NCBI GenBank assembly: GCA_020436175.1
Contig: JAGQYH010000001.1
Location: 1-47,435, forward strand
From: Bacteroidota bacterium
Lineage (GTDB): Bacteria > Bacteroidota > Bacteroidia > Chitinophagales > JADIYW01
Reading direction: 5' to 3'
DNA: 47,435 nt
Both the position numbers and the translations under genes were made by a program. Positions 20,366 through 29,690 of the stretch are shown one piece after another; position 1 is the stretch's first letter, and each line of letters opens with the position of its first letter. The notes below the pieces were generated by a model. That model was not told where the DNA came from. It searched no databases and worked only from the letters and a program-made list of their open reading frames with translations.

Positions 20366-21031
20366 TTAGTTTTTGAAGCGTCTTTTATTACTGCTTCTTT
20401 TGTTGTTGCTTCTGGAACTGTTTCTAGAGCCTTTGTTATTTGATTTTCTGCTACTAGAGCCGTTACCTGTAGGTGTAGTTGGGGTTGATTTTACAAAAGC
20501 TTCAATATTCATTTCGTCTTCCACCACCAATGTTCCTTCTGAAAGCGTTAGTAAATCTTGCTTGATCAACTCATCACTTACCTCTTCATTACTCCAATTG
20601 CGGTAAGCCATTTTCATAAAGTTCAAAATTACTTCAGTTAATCCTTTGCGCATTTCCGGATCCTCGTAAGATCGGGCTTTTTCTACCATTGTTTCTACGT
20701 TTTTACCGTAGTGCTTAAATCTGATCTGTTGTTTTGGATAAGGGAGATCAGCGGGATTTGGTTTTGAGATCTCCGCAGTGGGTTTATCATAGGGAGAATC
20801 AACATCTAAGTCAAATCCGCCGATAATAAAAAGGTGGTCCCAAAGTTTGTGTTTAAAATCAGCCACATTCCTTAAGTGAGGATTTAACTGACCCATTAAC
20901 TGGATAATACTTTCTACTGTTGCCTGACGAATTTCTCTATTCTCAATGCCTTTGGCATAAGCGATTAGATTTTGTACGTGTCTGCCATACTCTCGAATCA
21001 CTAAATGATTCCTTTCCGTATTATACTCCAT
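20366..21031 (-). CDS. DUF4290 domain protein
   Basis: 221 aa. The N-terminal YNTERNHLVIREYGRHVQNLI pattern and the position immediately upstream of murA are typical of Bacteroidota DUF4290 genes (from memory). The C-terminal roughly 45 aa form a basic S/N/K/R low-complexity tail. Confidence 0.6.
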   Translation of the reverse strand: MEYNTERNHLVIREYGRHVQNLIAYAKGIENREIRQATVESIIQLMGQLNPHLRNVADFKHKLWDHLFIIGGFDLDVDSPYDKPTAEISKPNPADLPYPKQQIRFKHYGKNVETMVEKARSYEDPEMRKGLTEVILNFMKMAYRNWSNEEVSDELIKQDLLTLSEGTLVVEDEMNIEAFVKSTPTTPTGNGSSSRKSNNKGSRNSSRSNNKRSSNKRRFKN

Positions 21032-21178
21032 AAAATGTTTTTTGCAAAAGCCTGTCGATTTTCAAAGGCTAAATTGTTGGGTGATTTTTAAGATAATTGA
21101 TTTTAGATCAAAACTCCAATAAAATTACTTTTAGTTGATCATATTTGCAGCAACGAAGAAGTTATGTGAAATATTGGA

Positions 21179-23506
21179 TCAAGAAATTACTTGAAGCTTG
21201 GCAAATTTAAGAATAATTTTCTTTTGTCCATGCTTTTCAAACATAATCGTTGCAATTTGATTGTTGCCTTGACCTTCTAAATGCAGCACTTTTCCTTTTT
21301 CAAATTTTTGATGTTCTACCGTTGCTCCAATATTGATATTCAAATTGGTAGCTTTATTAATACCGGCGCTATTGGCCACTTCTTTCATCCTTTTAAGATT
21401 GGCGGGTGGACTTAATGGTTTTACCGAAGGAGGAGGACTTTTCTTGTAAGTTTTTTTAGAACTGACATCATAAGTAACGGTAGGCTCATCAAATGTATCA
21501 AAATCAAAGTCGGAATCAGTATTATTTACACTTGGCTTTTTACCGATATATTCAATGTTTTCATCTCCGATTTCATCCAAAAACCTACTGTCTTGGCAGT
21601 AGATCAATGACCCGAATTTATACCGCATATTGGCTGAGGTGATCATTAAATTTTCCTTGGCACGGGTGATGGCTACGTAAAATAGCCGTCTTTCTTCTTC
21701 AATGTCTTCCCTTGTATTCATCGACATGGCAGACGGGAAGAGATTTTCCTCTAAGCCTACAACAAAAACACTGGGAAATTCCAATCCTTTCGCGGCATGA
21801 ATGGTCATTAGCTTCACTTTGTCGGGATCATCGTCTTTTTCATCCAAGTCTGTTAGAAGAGAAATCTGTTGCAAGTAAGCAGAAAGGTTGTTTTCAGGAG
21901 CTAATTCATCTTCTTCATATTCCGGTTGAGGAGCTTCCGTAAATTCTTTTATACCATTCAAAAGTTCTTGAAGGTTTTCATATCGGCTGATACCTTCAAT
22001 CGTTTTGTCTTTGAATAACTCCCCAACAATACCGGTGTGTTTACCGATAAAGGTGGCCAAATCATAAGCACTCTTATCCGCTAATTGTGCCTTGAAGCTA
22101 TTGATCATGAGTACAAAATTCTTTATGATGTTTTGCGTTCTGGAGGCCAGTTTCACCAAGTGTATATTCTCCATAATCTGCCAAATGGAGCAATCATTCT
22201 GGTTGGCGGCCACAATCAGTTTTTCTACTGTGGTATTGCCGATACCTCTTGTGGGATAATTGATGATCCTTTTCAAAGCTTCTTCATCATTGGTATTGGT
22301 GGTAAGCCTTAAATAAGCAATAAAATCCTTTATCTCTTTTCTTTGATAGAAGGAAAGTCCACCGTAAATCCTATATGGGATATTCAATTTTCTTAAAGAC
22401 TCTTCCAGCGCTCTAGATTGGGCATTGGTTCTGTAAAGGATGGCGAAATCCTCATTCTTTTTATATTCTCTTACTTTCTGCTCGAAAATGCTGTTGGCTA
22501 CCAAACGTGCTTCATCGCGTTCGCTGGGCGCTTTTACAACTTTAATTTTTTGGCCATCAATATTTTCTGTCCAAATGGTTTTTTTGAATTGATCCTGGTT
22601 ATGACTGATCACGTTATTGGCGGCGTTGACAATGTATTTGACCGACCTGTAATTTTGTTCCAGTTTAAAGACTTTCAGATCAGCATAGTCTGTTTCAAAG
22701 TCCAGTATATTTTTAATAGTGGCTCCCCGGAAAGCATAAATACTTTGAGCGTCATCTCCCACCACACAAATATTTTCATGCACTGCTGCAAACTTTTTAA
22801 CGATGGCGTATTGCGCAAAATTGGTGTCTTGGAACTCATCGATCATCAAATGAGAGAAACGATGCTGGTATTTATATAATACTTCTGGAAAACGAGCTAG
22901 CAATTCATACATTTTAAGGATCAAATCATCAAAATCCATGGCTCCGGCTAAATAGCATCGCCTGACATATTTGGCGTATAAATCTTTTATTTTAGGTCTT
23001 CCTGAACATTCATCTTCAGCAATTCTGTCGATGTTTTTGTTATAGGCTTTCGCGGTGATTAAGTTGTTTTTGGCATCGGAGATCCTGTTATAAACGATAT
23101 TGGGTTTGTACAGTTTGTCATTCAAACCTTCTTCTTTTATGATGGATTTGATTAAGCTCTTCGCATCGGTAGTGTCATATATGGTAAAATTATTGGGGAA
23201 GCCCAGTTTTTGTGCCTCCATTCTCAATATCTTTGCAAAAACGGAATGAAAAGTACCCATGTAAAGATTACGGGCTTCATTACCCACAATGGCCGTTATC
23301 CTTTCCCGCATTTCTGCGGAAGCTTTGTTAGTAAAGGTTAACGCCAAGATTCGAAATGGGTCAATACCTTGTTGAATTAAGTGAGCAATTCTGTAGGTTA
23401 GAACTCTTGTTTTACCTGATCCCGGACCGGCAATAATCATTACCGGACCATCAATTTGTTCCACAGCTGCTCTCTGAACATCATTTAACTCGTCTAAAAA
23501 ACCCAT
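21179..23506 (-). CDS. ATP-dependent DNA helicase, UvrD/PcrA/Rep family (SF1)
   Basis: 775 aa with motif I AGPGSGKT, motif II DEFQDTN, and LEQNYRS, TIHAAKGLEF and YVAITRAK motifs. The C-terminal Tudor-like segment (VEHQKFEKGKVL...) is as in PcrA/UvrD. Confidence 0.93.
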   Translation of the reverse strand: MGFLDELNDVQRAAVEQIDGPVMIIAGPGSGKTRVLTYRIAHLIQQGIDPFRILALTFTNKASAEMRERITAIVGNEARNLYMGTFHSVFAKILRMEAQKLGFPNNFTIYDTTDAKSLIKSIIKEEGLNDKLYKPNIVYNRISDAKNNLITAKAYNKNIDRIAEDECSGRPKIKDLYAKYVRRCYLAGAMDFDDLILKMYELLARFPEVLYKYQHRFSHLMIDEFQDTNFAQYAIVKKFAAVHENICVVGDDAQSIYAFRGATIKNILDFETDYADLKVFKLEQNYRSVKYIVNAANNVISHNQDQFKKTIWTENIDGQKIKVVKAPSERDEARLVANSIFEQKVREYKKNEDFAILYRTNAQSRALEESLRKLNIPYRIYGGLSFYQRKEIKDFIAYLRLTTNTNDEEALKRIINYPTRGIGNTTVEKLIVAANQNDCSIWQIMENIHLVKLASRTQNIIKNFVLMINSFKAQLADKSAYDLATFIGKHTGIVGELFKDKTIEGISRYENLQELLNGIKEFTEAPQPEYEEDELAPENNLSAYLQQISLLTDLDEKDDDPDKVKLMTIHAAKGLEFPSVFVVGLEENLFPSAMSMNTREDIEEERRLFYVAITRAKENLMITSANMRYKFGSLIYCQDSRFLDEIGDENIEYIGKKPSVNNTDSDFDFDTFDEPTVTYDVSSKKTYKKSPPPSVKPLSPPANLKRMKEVANSAGINKATNLNINIGATVEHQKFEKGKVLHLEGQGNNQIATIMFEKHGQKKIILKFAKLQVIS

Positions 23507-23603
23507 CGTCTAAAATTAGCTAAAAAGCATTATTTGATAGTAGGAGGTAGTGTTGTTTTTTAAACAATTTTTTGTTTTACATTTAAAGTCATTAAAATGG
23601 GAT

Positions 23604-24251
23604 ATGCCGAACACTGTAGATTTTCAAAGCTTCATTGAAATATTAGAATCCAATTATCATAAAGGATTACCGGGAAAAATCGGTCAGTTTCCTATGAAGC
23701 CGTATGTGGGCATTGATAAAAAGATAGATTTTCCGGTGAGTAAAAATGCCAGAAAAGGGGCGGTATTGGCATTGTTTTATCCGGTAGAGGAAATCACCCA
23801 TTTGGCATTAATGCAAAGGCCTGTTTATGAAGGTATTCATGGTGGACAGATATCATTTCCAGGTGGCAAGATCGAAGTTTATGATAAAAGCCCATTAACA
23901 GCAGCCTTAAGAGAAGCACATGAAGAAATTGGCATTATACCGGACATGGTACAGGTTTTAGGTCCGATTACGGAAGTATTTGTTTTGGCCAGTAATTTTT
24001 TGGTATATCCGTTTGTGGGTTATGTGGCAGAGCGGCCGAATTTTGTGATTGACAAAAGAGAAGTGGAAACTTTATTGGAAATTCCTTTTCAAACATTTTT
24101 TGATCCCTCGATCATCAAAGAGAAAAATATACGGTCAAAAGCAGGTTTCGACTTGAAAGCACCCTATTTCGATATTGATGGCAGGGTACTTTGGGGCGCA
24201 ACTGCCATGATGATCAGCGAATTGGTGGAATTGATTCGGGCAAAATCTTAA
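23604..24251 (+). CDS. NUDIX hydrolase, CoA pyrophosphatase-like
   Basis: It has the NUDIX box GGKIE...AALREAHEEIG, preceded by the L..QR.....HGGQISFPGG motif characteristic of CoA pyrophosphatases. The ORF track starts at a GTG at 23550. I prefer the first ATG (MPNTV, 23604). Confidence 0.75.
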   Translation: MPNTVDFQSFIEILESNYHKGLPGKIGQFPMKPYVGIDKKIDFPVSKNARKGAVLALFYPVEEITHLALMQRPVYEGIHGGQISFPGGKIEVYDKSPLTAALREAHEEIGIIPDMVQVLGPITEVFVLASNFLVYPFVGYVAERPNFVIDKREVETLLEIPFQTFFDPSIIKEKNIRSKAGFDLKAPYFDIDGRVLWGATAMMISELVELIRAKS

Positions 24252-25339
24252 GATTCTTGGGGCTGAGGCTTCTTTTTGCCACCTAAATCATACAAAAATT
24301 GCATGATCAAAAATAAAATCAGGAAGTAGCCCAAAACTATAAAACTATAGTAATAATTCCATTCGAGATAAGAAGTCAACAAATGAATGAACAAGATCGA
24401 AAGCATATTGATTGTTATAAATAATATGCCCACTGCCGGAACGGACAAGCCTAAATAAGCCAAATGATGTGTGGTGTGGTCTGCTCCACCGGTAAAAGGC
24501 GATTGTCCTCTTGCGATTCTTCTTATAAAGACGGTGGTTGTGTCGATAATAGGCATAATAAACGCCAATAATGGAATCAAAAATTGTTTGATCTGCAGGT
24601 TATTTGTTCCCGGATCTTTGAAATTCCAGAATAATTTGATGGCTATAGCCGCTAAAAACACGCCAATAAACTGGCTGCCTGTATCTCCCATGTACATTTT
24701 GGCCGGATACCAATTATAGAACAAAAAGCCTACTAGTGTTGCTATTCCGCCTATCAACAGAAGTGTTGTGAAAACATCCTTAAAGTCGCTCAAAGAGAGC
24801 ATATACAATCCGCAACTCATGATGCAGATAGAAATGGAAGTAGTAATAGCATCCATATTATCCAGCATGTTGAGGGAATTCATAATGCCAATCACCCAAA
24901 TGATGGTAAAAATTGAATTGATCACAAATGAGCCCGTCATTCCCGGAGGAAATAGTGGTATATATAGATCGGTAAAAACCAAAATTAATCCGCACACTAT
25001 TTGGCCTGAAAACTTTAAAACAGGGTTGGTGTTATAGGCATCATCTGCAAAGCCTAGCATAAACCCTAAGCTGGAAGCCGCAAAAAGTCCGGTAGTTTGT
25101 TTGGTCGCGCCAGCCAAGTATTCCGGGAACAATAAGTTGATCGATATAAAGCAAAGTAAAAAACTGATGTAAAATGTAAAACCACCAACAGAAGGTTTTG
25201 AGGTGGAAGCAAATCTAACTTCTCCGGAACTACGTGTGCCCAAATTCGTGCTGAATCTGAGAAAAATCCTATTTAAGCTATAGGAAACAATAAATGCGGA
25301 TAACGCAAAAATGATAATGTTCTGGGTATTCAACACCAT
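24248..25339 (-). CDS. Polyprenyl-phosphate N-acetylhexosamine-1-phosphate transferase (MraY/WecA family, GT4-type initiating enzyme)
   Basis: 363 aa with about 10 helices. It has the DD motif (GFADDAYN) and NSLNMLDNMDAI in place of the canonical NxxNxxDGxDGL; both Asp are kept and the Gly are replaced. It also has MGDTGSQFIG. Confidence 0.8.
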   Translation of the reverse strand: MVLNTQNIIIFALSAFIVSYSLNRIFLRFSTNLGTRSSGEVRFASTSKPSVGGFTFYISFLLCFISINLLFPEYLAGATKQTTGLFAASSLGFMLGFADDAYNTNPVLKFSGQIVCGLILVFTDLYIPLFPPGMTGSFVINSIFTIIWVIGIMNSLNMLDNMDAITTSISICIMSCGLYMLSLSDFKDVFTTLLLIGGIATLVGFLFYNWYPAKMYMGDTGSQFIGVFLAAIAIKLFWNFKDPGTNNLQIKQFLIPLLAFIMPIIDTTTVFIRRIARGQSPFTGGADHTTHHLAYLGLSVPAVGILFITINMLSILFIHLLTSYLEWNYYYSFIVLGYFLILFLIMQFLYDLGGKKKPQPQES

Positions 25340-25569
25340 TCCAAAAGAATTAAATTACTGCACAAAAATAGCTTTACTTATATGTGTTCAAAATTTATTT
25401 TATCAAGTATTGTGCATTTAGTATTTATGTCGAAAATGAAATTTAAGAATGGGTAGTAATTTTACAATGTTATTCTTCCATATGTGATTACAATACATTT
25501 AGTAATACTGTTGATAATTATTTTTAGCTATATTTACTGACGATTAATATTGGGGGCAAATAATTAATT

Positions 25570-26547
25570 ATGAACAAAGTTTTAATCACAGGAGGTGCTG
25601 GCAATGTTGGCGGGGCACTTGCTGAACTACTAGTAAACAAAGGGTATCAAGTAATTATTGTCGATAATTTGCTAACCGGCTCGAAAGATAAATTACCCTC
25701 TAAAGAGTTTTCCAACTGGAAGTTTCATCATACGGATGTCAATGACTACGACAGCTTTTCTAAAGTAATGAAAGAAGAGCGGCCTGATTATGTGTTTCAT
25801 TATGCTGCCTTAGTGGGTGTGGACAGAACGTTGGCCAATCCGGTGATGGTATTGGAAGATTTGAAGGGAATAAGGAATGTATGTGAATTGTGCGTAGATT
25901 TAAATGTTAAACGTGTATTTTTCTCTTCTTCCAGCGAAGTTTACGGCGAACCGGTAGAATTTCCTCAAGAAGAAGAAAGAACTCCTTTAAATGCCAAACT
26001 TCCGTATGCGCAGGTGAAAGCTATTGGCGAGGCGTTTTTTAAATCATACAAACAAACGTATGGCTTGGACTTTACCATTTTTAGATTTTTCAACACTTAT
26101 GGCCCTAAACAATCCGGAGATTTTGTGATCGGTAAGTTTGTAAGAGCAGCCATGAAAGGAGATGATATCACCATCATTGGTGATGGAAGCCAAACACGGA
26201 CATTCTGCTATATTGATGACAATATTTACTTCACTTTAAGATGTTTGGAGGAAGATTTGTTTGTCAATCAGGTGCTTAACCTTGGGAATGATAATGAGAT
26301 CAGTGTTAAAGATTTGGGTTGTTTTATTAAGGAAACATTGAATTCTCCGTCAAATTTGGTGCATTTACCGGCTCGTGAAGAAGGAGATATGACAAGACGT
26401 TTACCGGCATTAGAACGAATGCGTTCGGCCACCAATAGTGATTTGGTTGACCTTAGAACCGGTGTAATCAGAGTAGCAGAGGGATTGTTGGAAATGGGTG
26501 AGGTAAATGAAGATGAGTTGGTGATATCGTTGGGTATTCTCGCTTAA
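25570..26547 (+). CDS. NAD-dependent epimerase/dehydratase (UDP-glucuronate decarboxylase / 4,6-dehydratase-like SDR)
   Basis: 325 aa with Rossmann GGAGNVGG, YxxxK (YAQVK) and a GDGSQTRTFCYIDD motif as in UXS/ArnA-like enzymes. Confidence 0.75.
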   Translation: MNKVLITGGAGNVGGALAELLVNKGYQVIIVDNLLTGSKDKLPSKEFSNWKFHHTDVNDYDSFSKVMKEERPDYVFHYAALVGVDRTLANPVMVLEDLKGIRNVCELCVDLNVKRVFFSSSSEVYGEPVEFPQEEERTPLNAKLPYAQVKAIGEAFFKSYKQTYGLDFTIFRFFNTYGPKQSGDFVIGKFVRAAMKGDDITIIGDGSQTRTFCYIDDNIYFTLRCLEEDLFVNQVLNLGNDNEISVKDLGCFIKETLNSPSNLVHLPAREEGDMTRRLPALERMRSATNSDLVDLRTGVIRVAEGLLEMGEVNEDELVISLGILA

Positions 26548-27737
26548 TGCCGTTCTGCCAATAGTTTATTGTAAAGTGTTCGCATATTCTCTACTAATTT
26601 CATGTGAGAAAAATTACTAAAAGCATGTTCAATACCATTAAGGCCCATTTGGTCTCTTAATTCCTTATGTTCTACCAGAATTTTCAATTTGTGCGCAAAG
26701 CCTTCCACGTCAATTTTCTCAACGATGTAGGCATTTTCGTCACTTTTTACAACATCTTTTATACCTCCAACATTAGTAGTAACAATGGGTTTGCCGGAAG
26801 CAGAGGCTTCTATAAGACTTACGGGTGTCCCTTCATTGAGTGAGGTAAGTGCAATAATATCCAATCCGGCCAAGGCGATGTCGACTTCCTTGATCCAGGA
26901 AGTAAAGGTTAACACTTGGTTGTGATGTTGACTATGTTCGTTGGTATAAGCGATATCAAGCGTTTTAGCCAGATTTTCAATGTGCTCTCTTTCTTCTCCG
27001 TCGCCAATAATAAAAACTCTAAACGCCTGATCTGTGGATCCGATCAATTGTTGAATAGCATTTAAAAAGAAAGTGTGGTTTTTGATCGGCACCAATCGGC
27101 CAATGATGCCGATAGCTACTTCGTGTTCTTTTATCTCATATCGTTGCCGAAAGGATCTTCTTTTATCCTCAATAGTTTCCTGAAACCTACTAAGGTCAAA
27201 TCCCAAAGGGACAATCTCAAATTTTTCAGCCGGGGCTATTTTAAACTCATCGCATAGTTCAGTTCTTTGAATATTACTGATGGCAATGATCCTTGTTGAT
27301 CTTTTCGCCAGATACCTTTCAATCTCCAGAAATGCCCTTGTTTTATACTTGTTAAAGTATGAATGAAAAACATGTCCGTGGAATGTGTGTAGAATAATAG
27401 GCACATCTTCCATATATGCGGCCAATCGACCAACGGCACCTGCTTTTGCGGCATGTGTATGGACAATATCCGGTTTAAAATCACGAATGATATCTCTGAT
27501 TTGTTTGTAGGCCTTTCGATCTTTAATTGGATTTAAAGAGCGGTACATGTTGGGAATATAAGTGGGATGAAGACCTAGTTTATTGATGATAAACTCAGAA
27601 CTGCCTTCACTTTCGTCGTGCATACCGGCTAATAAAAGGGTTTCAAATTCAGGTTCTAAATATTTGGTCAGATAGGCTGCATTATAGGTCGGTCCGCCTA
27701 TGTTCAATCGATTGATTATCCTAAGAACTTTTGTCAT
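26544..27737 (-). CDS. Glycosyltransferase, GT-B fold (GT4 family)
   Basis: 397 aa with N-terminal RLNIGGP and a C-terminal nucleotide-sugar binding region NEGTPVSLIEASASGKPIVTTNVGG (EX7E-like). Confidence 0.85.
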   Translation of the reverse strand: MTKVLRIINRLNIGGPTYNAAYLTKYLEPEFETLLLAGMHDESEGSSEFIINKLGLHPTYIPNMYRSLNPIKDRKAYKQIRDIIRDFKPDIVHTHAAKAGAVGRLAAYMEDVPIILHTFHGHVFHSYFNKYKTRAFLEIERYLAKRSTRIIAISNIQRTELCDEFKIAPAEKFEIVPLGFDLSRFQETIEDKRRSFRQRYEIKEHEVAIGIIGRLVPIKNHTFFLNAIQQLIGSTDQAFRVFIIGDGEEREHIENLAKTLDIAYTNEHSQHHNQVLTFTSWIKEVDIALAGLDIIALTSLNEGTPVSLIEASASGKPIVTTNVGGIKDVVKSDENAYIVEKIDVEGFAHKLKILVEHKELRDQMGLNGIEHAFSNFSHMKLVENMRTLYNKLLAERH

Positions 27738-27742
27738 GGATA

Positions 27743-29632
27743 TTAGCTTACATGATAATTTTTATACCAGCTTTGAAAAACAATCAAAGCCCAAATTTGA
27801 GCATGAATATCTCCGGGATTATTGGAAAACAGTCGTTGTTTCAATTCGCGAATATAGGTCACATCAAAAATTCCCTGATCTGTTATGAAATCATCTGCCA
27901 GCAGATCTTTCATGATAAGATCTTTCAGTTTCTTACGGAACCATTGTAATAAAGGAACTTCAAAACCTTTTTTGGGTCGGTTATACAATTCTTGTGGCAA
28001 TATATTTCTGAAGGCGTCTTGAACGATCTTCTTTTTAAGTTGAGCATCTATTTTATATTGCACCGGTAATGAAAAGGCAAATTCCACAACATTATGATCC
28101 AAAAACGGAACTCTAACTTCCAATGAGTTGGCCATCGACATTAGATCCACTTTGGTTAGCATATCGTAGGGTAAAACTAGATGAATGTCGGCATACAAGT
28201 TGTCATTTAGGTCTCCTTGGTCGGTTAAATGTTTGGTATAATGCTGCTTGATCTGATTTAGTGCTGCCGCCTTTATTTTAGATGTATCCTTAAAATATCT
28301 TTTACTCTCATCGGCATCAATAAAGCTGCACCAGCGCCAATATCTTTCCTGAACAGAAAGTTGTTGACCAATGGCAAAACGCTCCAATTGCCTGATTTTA
28401 TTGCCTATGGCGCCATTTCGGCTTTTGGGCAGTGCTTTCCACAGGGGTAATAACTGACCGACTATTGAGGCTGCCGGACCACCTTTTCTGATCTTCCATT
28501 CGCCATAATGTTTATTATATCCGGCAAACAATTCATCGCCACCATCTCCAGAAAGTGCTACGGTAACATGTTGTCGGGTATATTTTGATAAAAGGTTCAC
28601 CAAAAGGGCAGAGGAATCTGCAAACGGCTCATCAATATAAGCGAGTAAGTTTTGCAAGCTTTCTAACAAATCGTCATTAGTGACTTTAAAGACCTTGTGA
28701 TTGGTTTTTAGTTTGTTGGCCACCAATTCAGCATATTCCGTTTCATCAAAGTATTTGTTGTCTTTGAAACCAATGGAGAAAGTGTTCAGGTTGCTCTTGT
28801 GACGGGCAGCCAAACTGGTGATAACGGAAGAATCGATACCACCGCTTAAAAATGTGCCCAATGGAACATCTGCAACCAATCTTTTTTGAATAGATTCATC
28901 CAGCAATTCGACCAATTTTTTTGAGGCCTCATCGTAAGTTAAGCTTGATTTTTTACTTCGGTCATAAGGAACGCTGTAGTATTGTTCTATCGAAAATTGA
29001 CCATCTTTTATTTCTATCAAATGGCCGGGTAACAGCTTTTGTATATTTTGATAGATGGTATTGGGTGCGGGAATATAGTTGAGTTGCAGGTAGGTCGCTA
29101 AAGCATTGTAATCAATTTCTTTTTTGATCTTAAGTGGAAACAAAGCTTTCATTTCAGAGGCGAATAGCAACTTGTCATCATCGTGATAGAAATAGAGCGG
29201 CTTGATACCTAAGCGATCTCTGGCAATAAAGAGCTTGTTGGTAGTTTTATCGTGTATGGCGAAGGCAAAAAAACCATTCAGAAGGCTTAAGCAATCTTTA
29301 CCGTAGGCGATGTAAGCATTCAGCAATACCTCAGTGTCGCTCGTGGTTGCAAAAACAAATCCCTTTTGAATGAGTTTTGATTTGATTTCTTGATAATTGT
29401 ATATCTCACCGTTAAAAATGATGGCATATCGGTTATCATTGCTGAATAAAGGTTGATTGGCAGAGGTGGAAACATCAATTATGGATAATCGCCGATGGCC
29501 AAGGAAAAAGTTTTGATGGGTAAATAATCCCTGACTATCCGGGCCACGTAAAGCAATTTGCTGAATGGCGTTGTTTAAGACCTCATTACCGGGAAGTTCT
29601 GTTTTATAATATCCACCAACAATACCGCACAT
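27743..29632 (-). CDS. asnB: Asparagine synthase family glutamine-hydrolysing amidotransferase (copy 1)
   Basis: 629 aa with the N-terminal Ntn nucleophile MCGI and the GHRRLSIID motif. The PP-loop SGGIDSS sits in the synthetase domain. The glycan-locus context suggests sugar amidation rather than Asn synthesis. Confidence 0.88.
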   Translation of the reverse strand: MCGIVGGYYKTELPGNEVLNNAIQQIALRGPDSQGLFTHQNFFLGHRRLSIIDVSTSANQPLFSNDNRYAIIFNGEIYNYQEIKSKLIQKGFVFATTSDTEVLLNAYIAYGKDCLSLLNGFFAFAIHDKTTNKLFIARDRLGIKPLYFYHDDDKLLFASEMKALFPLKIKKEIDYNALATYLQLNYIPAPNTIYQNIQKLLPGHLIEIKDGQFSIEQYYSVPYDRSKKSSLTYDEASKKLVELLDESIQKRLVADVPLGTFLSGGIDSSVITSLAARHKSNLNTFSIGFKDNKYFDETEYAELVANKLKTNHKVFKVTNDDLLESLQNLLAYIDEPFADSSALLVNLLSKYTRQHVTVALSGDGGDELFAGYNKHYGEWKIRKGGPAASIVGQLLPLWKALPKSRNGAIGNKIRQLERFAIGQQLSVQERYWRWCSFIDADESKRYFKDTSKIKAAALNQIKQHYTKHLTDQGDLNDNLYADIHLVLPYDMLTKVDLMSMANSLEVRVPFLDHNVVEFAFSLPVQYKIDAQLKKKIVQDAFRNILPQELYNRPKKGFEVPLLQWFRKKLKDLIMKDLLADDFITDQGIFDVTYIRELKQRLFSNNPGDIHAQIWALIVFQSWYKNYHVS

Positions 29633-29690
29633 AGCAATCGCAAATGTAAAAAAATTACTTTGCGTGATGGGATTATCTTTTATTAATCAA

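Noticed and set aside
20373-20606. A poly-leucine ORF (LLLLLLLLLLELFLEPLL...).
   Set aside because: It is the antisense reading of the K/N/S/R-rich tail of the DUF4290 gene and is an artefact of complementary codons.
22418-22879. A 153-aa plus-strand ORF, and similar antisense ORFs at 39906-40301, 43607-43939, 46281-46601, 12174-12735 and 13091-13636.
   Set aside because: All lie entirely antisense within well-supported genes. They have low-complexity or hydrophobic composition typical of mirror frames in AT-rich DNA, and they show no start context or recognisable motifs.
21179-23506. The UvrD-family helicase as a possible component of an anti-phage system (Gabija- or Dnd-like helicase partners).
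   Set aside because: It has full-length housekeeping PcrA/UvrD architecture including the C-terminal Tudor-like segment. There is no adjacent nuclease, ATPase or methylase partner. The flanking genes (DUF4290-murA, NUDIX) are core genes.
23550-23603. A GTG-initiated 18-codon N-terminal extension of the NUDIX gene (MLFFKQFFVLHLKSLKWD).
   Set aside because: The extension would start only 44 nt from the divergent helicase start and adds a hydrophobic peptide not expected on a cytoplasmic NUDIX enzyme. The first ATG at 23604 is a more plausible start. This remains unverified.
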